Assembly: GCA_963728565.1 (NCBI GenBank)
Contig: CAVSLC010000005.1
Location: forward strand, 128,001 to 192,000
DNA: 64,000 nucleotides
Direction: 5' to 3'
Origin: an uncultured delta proteobacterium
GTDB taxonomy: Bacteria > Desulfobacterota > Binatia > UBA9968
Positions 62,424-64,000 of this stretch are shown here, one piece after another. Within the stretch, counting starts at the first letter, position 1; each line of letters starts with the position of its first letter. A model generated the notes under the pieces. That model was not told the DNA's origin and made no database searches. It saw nothing but the letters and a program-made list of their open reading frames with translations. The translations under genes and the position numbers were made by a program.

Positions 62424-62655
62424 GGAGTGTCCTATGCCATCATCGGCGAGATTGCCGGCAAAGCCAGAACCCGGCGCGGGTTTGGGACTGATGATCACGA
62501 TCAATGCCGGCTGTGTAACTCTCGGCACACCGATTTTCGGCTACATCGTCGATCGCACCGGATCGGATGCAATCGCCTGGCAGGTGCTGGGAGCATTTCT
62601 AACGGTGGGTAGTATTATTGGGCTGATAACGTTGCTCAAGGATCCACGGGATTGA
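62424..62655 (+). repeat. diverged direct-repeat copy of the MFS 3' end (60435..60662)
   Basis: Same peptide GLGLMITINAGC.TLGTPIFGYIVDRTGS.AIAWQVLGAFLTVG..LLKDPR. Confidence 0.9.
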
Positions 62656-62723
62656 TCAAGGTTCAGACGATCCAATGGCGCGAGCAGTTGAAGATTCCAG
62701 AGAGATATGACTCGAACGTGCAC

Positions 62724-62759
62724 AAAAAAAGGCGCCTCCCAATGGAGAGGCGCCTTTTT
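62724..62759. terminator. bidirectional intrinsic terminator
   Basis: AAAAAAAGGCGCCTC-CCAATGGA-GAGGCGCCTTTTT. Confidence 0.85.
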
Positions 62760-63100
62760 GCGCTTTTGACGCTAACGTTCAAAACTTTTTTAACTGCCCG
62801 CTGTTCGCATCTTCGAGCATCCTCGGACACACACACTCGCTAATGAGCATTTTGCCGATGAGCGCTTATTTCAGTCGCGGGGCGACTATTTGCCTTCAGG
62901 CAATTTGTTGAAGCGATCGGACAATAGCTCTACCGCGAGAACTTCTTCGTCCGGTAGAATGCTTGGCCCGCAAGCAGCGGGCTTTGATGACCCGGTGGAG
63001 TTTCGTCTTGCATAGCGAAGACCTCCTTTTCCCGTGGGGGCCCTCTGATCTGCAATCCACCTGGCCCCCTGCGCCCGGCGGCGCTCAGTGGATCCACTTA
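62724..63100 (-). ncRNA. candidate ~370-nt structured RNA (possibly carrying a 27-aa sORF)
   Basis: TTGACA promoter at 63130, terminator at 62724, dense hairpins, no long ORF; no known family recognised. Confidence 0.4.
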
Positions 63101-63279
63101 TAATCTGTTACTGGCCGGATGATTTGTCAAGCGAAAAATTTCGTGCGTCAAAATTTTTTTTGGGAATCTTGGACCGCTAAAAAGAATCGGCACTTGAATC
63201 TACTTGATGAGCCGGGGAGGTTTGACATCGAGCGCGTAGAAGCTCAGATTTAACTTCGTCGACTGCCCAAGGAGGGACC

Positions 63280-63855
63280 ATGAAGATATACGCAAGTTTA
63301 GGATTGCTGCTGACGTTAATTTTGATAGCTGAGCCCAATAACCTCCCGGCGGCCAATGAATCGATTTTTGGCTCAGAGGATCGAAGTTTAACGCCGGAGA
63401 GTATCGGCCGCAAATTGCGCGAACTACTGGACCGGTTGAAAGACAATTTCATCTTTGAAATTTCGGCGGAAGACCGGGCGCCTATTTCACTGATGCTGCG
63501 TAATCGCGAACGGCTGGGTTTAACCGCAGATCAGGTTAAACACTTGGAGCAGATTCGCAATGATTTTGCCAAAGAGTCGATTCGAAGCGAGGCAAATCTT
63601 CGCATCGCCGAATTGGATCTGACCAGTTTGCTCGAGGCGCAACCGGTCGACATGCCACGAGTCGAGGCCAAGATCCGCGACATCGAACGGATTCGCGCCG
63701 ATTTACGGATCGCGCGCATTCGTTCTATCGAAAAAGGAAAAGCGCAGTTGAGCGCTGAACAGCGCCGCAAACTACAGGAGTTAGAGGCAGATCAGAATTT
63801 CGCCGGCATTCGGTTCAAGAATGAACCGTCAACATGGTTCAAGGAGTCAAGATAG
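63280..63855 (+). CDS. Spy/CpxP-like periplasmic protein
   Basis: Signal peptide; LGLTADQV..L and LSAEQRRKL LTxxQ motifs. Confidence 0.8.
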   Translation: MKIYASLGLLLTLILIAEPNNLPAANESIFGSEDRSLTPESIGRKLRELLDRLKDNFIFEISAEDRAPISLMLRNRERLGLTADQVKHLEQIRNDFAKESIRSEANLRIAELDLTSLLEAQPVDMPRVEAKIRDIERIRADLRIARIRSIEKGKAQLSAEQRRKLQELEADQNFAGIRFKNEPSTWFKESR

Positions 63856-63902
63856 CTTCGGCGATGGGTCTCGCGCGCTGCGACGGCATTCGGGCAATCG
63901 AC

Positions 63903-64000
63903 TCACTTGACTCCCAGCTCTTTATTGATTTCTCGCTGCAAGGTGAAGTCGAAGACGCTCGCCGCCGGAACCGGCTGCGGCAGGCCGATGATTTGCGCGT
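63903..64000 (-). CDS. C-terminus of another NMT1-like substrate-binding protein (truncated by window edge)
   Basis: ...PVPAASVFDFTLQREINKELGVK* resembles the ends of the other SBPs (DFSFLNKARKELGVTK). Confidence 0.7.
   Translation of the reverse strand, partial: AQIIGLPQPVPAASVFDFTLQREINKELGVK

Noticed and set aside
62724-63100. tmRNA, RNase P, 6S or hammerhead identity for the structured region
   Set aside because: No GGGG..TTCGA/CCACCA ends and no GAGGAAAGTCC; TGATGA and GAAAC lie on opposite strands, so no hammerhead core forms.
1-64000. CRISPR array, tRNA or rRNA genes
   Set aside because: No regularly spaced repeats and no cloverleaf or rRNA signatures seen by eye; a tRNAscan/Infernal run would be decisive.

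Overview
A 64-kb bacterial chromosomal window (moderately GC-rich). The gene repertoire (many orphan NMT1/SsuA-like substrate-binding proteins, class II aldolases, amidohydrolases, SDRs) suggests a Ca. Binatia/Deltaproteobacteria-like organism; this is inference only. From left to right: (1) a ribosomal block rplY-pth-rpsF-rpsR-DUF2232-rplI; (2) an EamA transporter, an LsrF-like aldolase and a Zn-dehydrogenase; (3) two rearranged, reciprocally decayed copies of a module made of a divergent aldehyde:ferredoxin oxidoreductase (AOR/WOR), an FeS subunit, SBPs, a class II aldolase and a BNR beta-propeller, separated by an IS1182-like remnant and followed by two moeA genes; (4) an excisionase-like HTH gene behind a 39-bp palindrome, then a PAS/GAF kinase-response regulator cascade; (5) a Na+-translocating acyl-CoA decarboxylase operon; (6) a cupin, plsY, glycine-zipper/OmpA lipoproteins and mrp-sufT-amrB; (7) a catabolic SDR/amidohydrolase/ADH/SBP cluster; (8) a hidden ~559-aa selenoprotein (in-frame UGA in a UxxC motif with a SECIS-like hairpin) that the ORF track splits in two; (9) an A1-type aa3 cytochrome c oxidase operon with split subunit III and small unannotated membrane proteins; (10) nadX-like, TPP-enzyme and MFS genes, with the MFS 3' end duplicated around a two-gene insert; (11) a ~370-nt highly structured promoter-to-terminator unit that may be an ncRNA. 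Several single-base frameshifts in otherwise intact genes suggest indel errors in the assembly.
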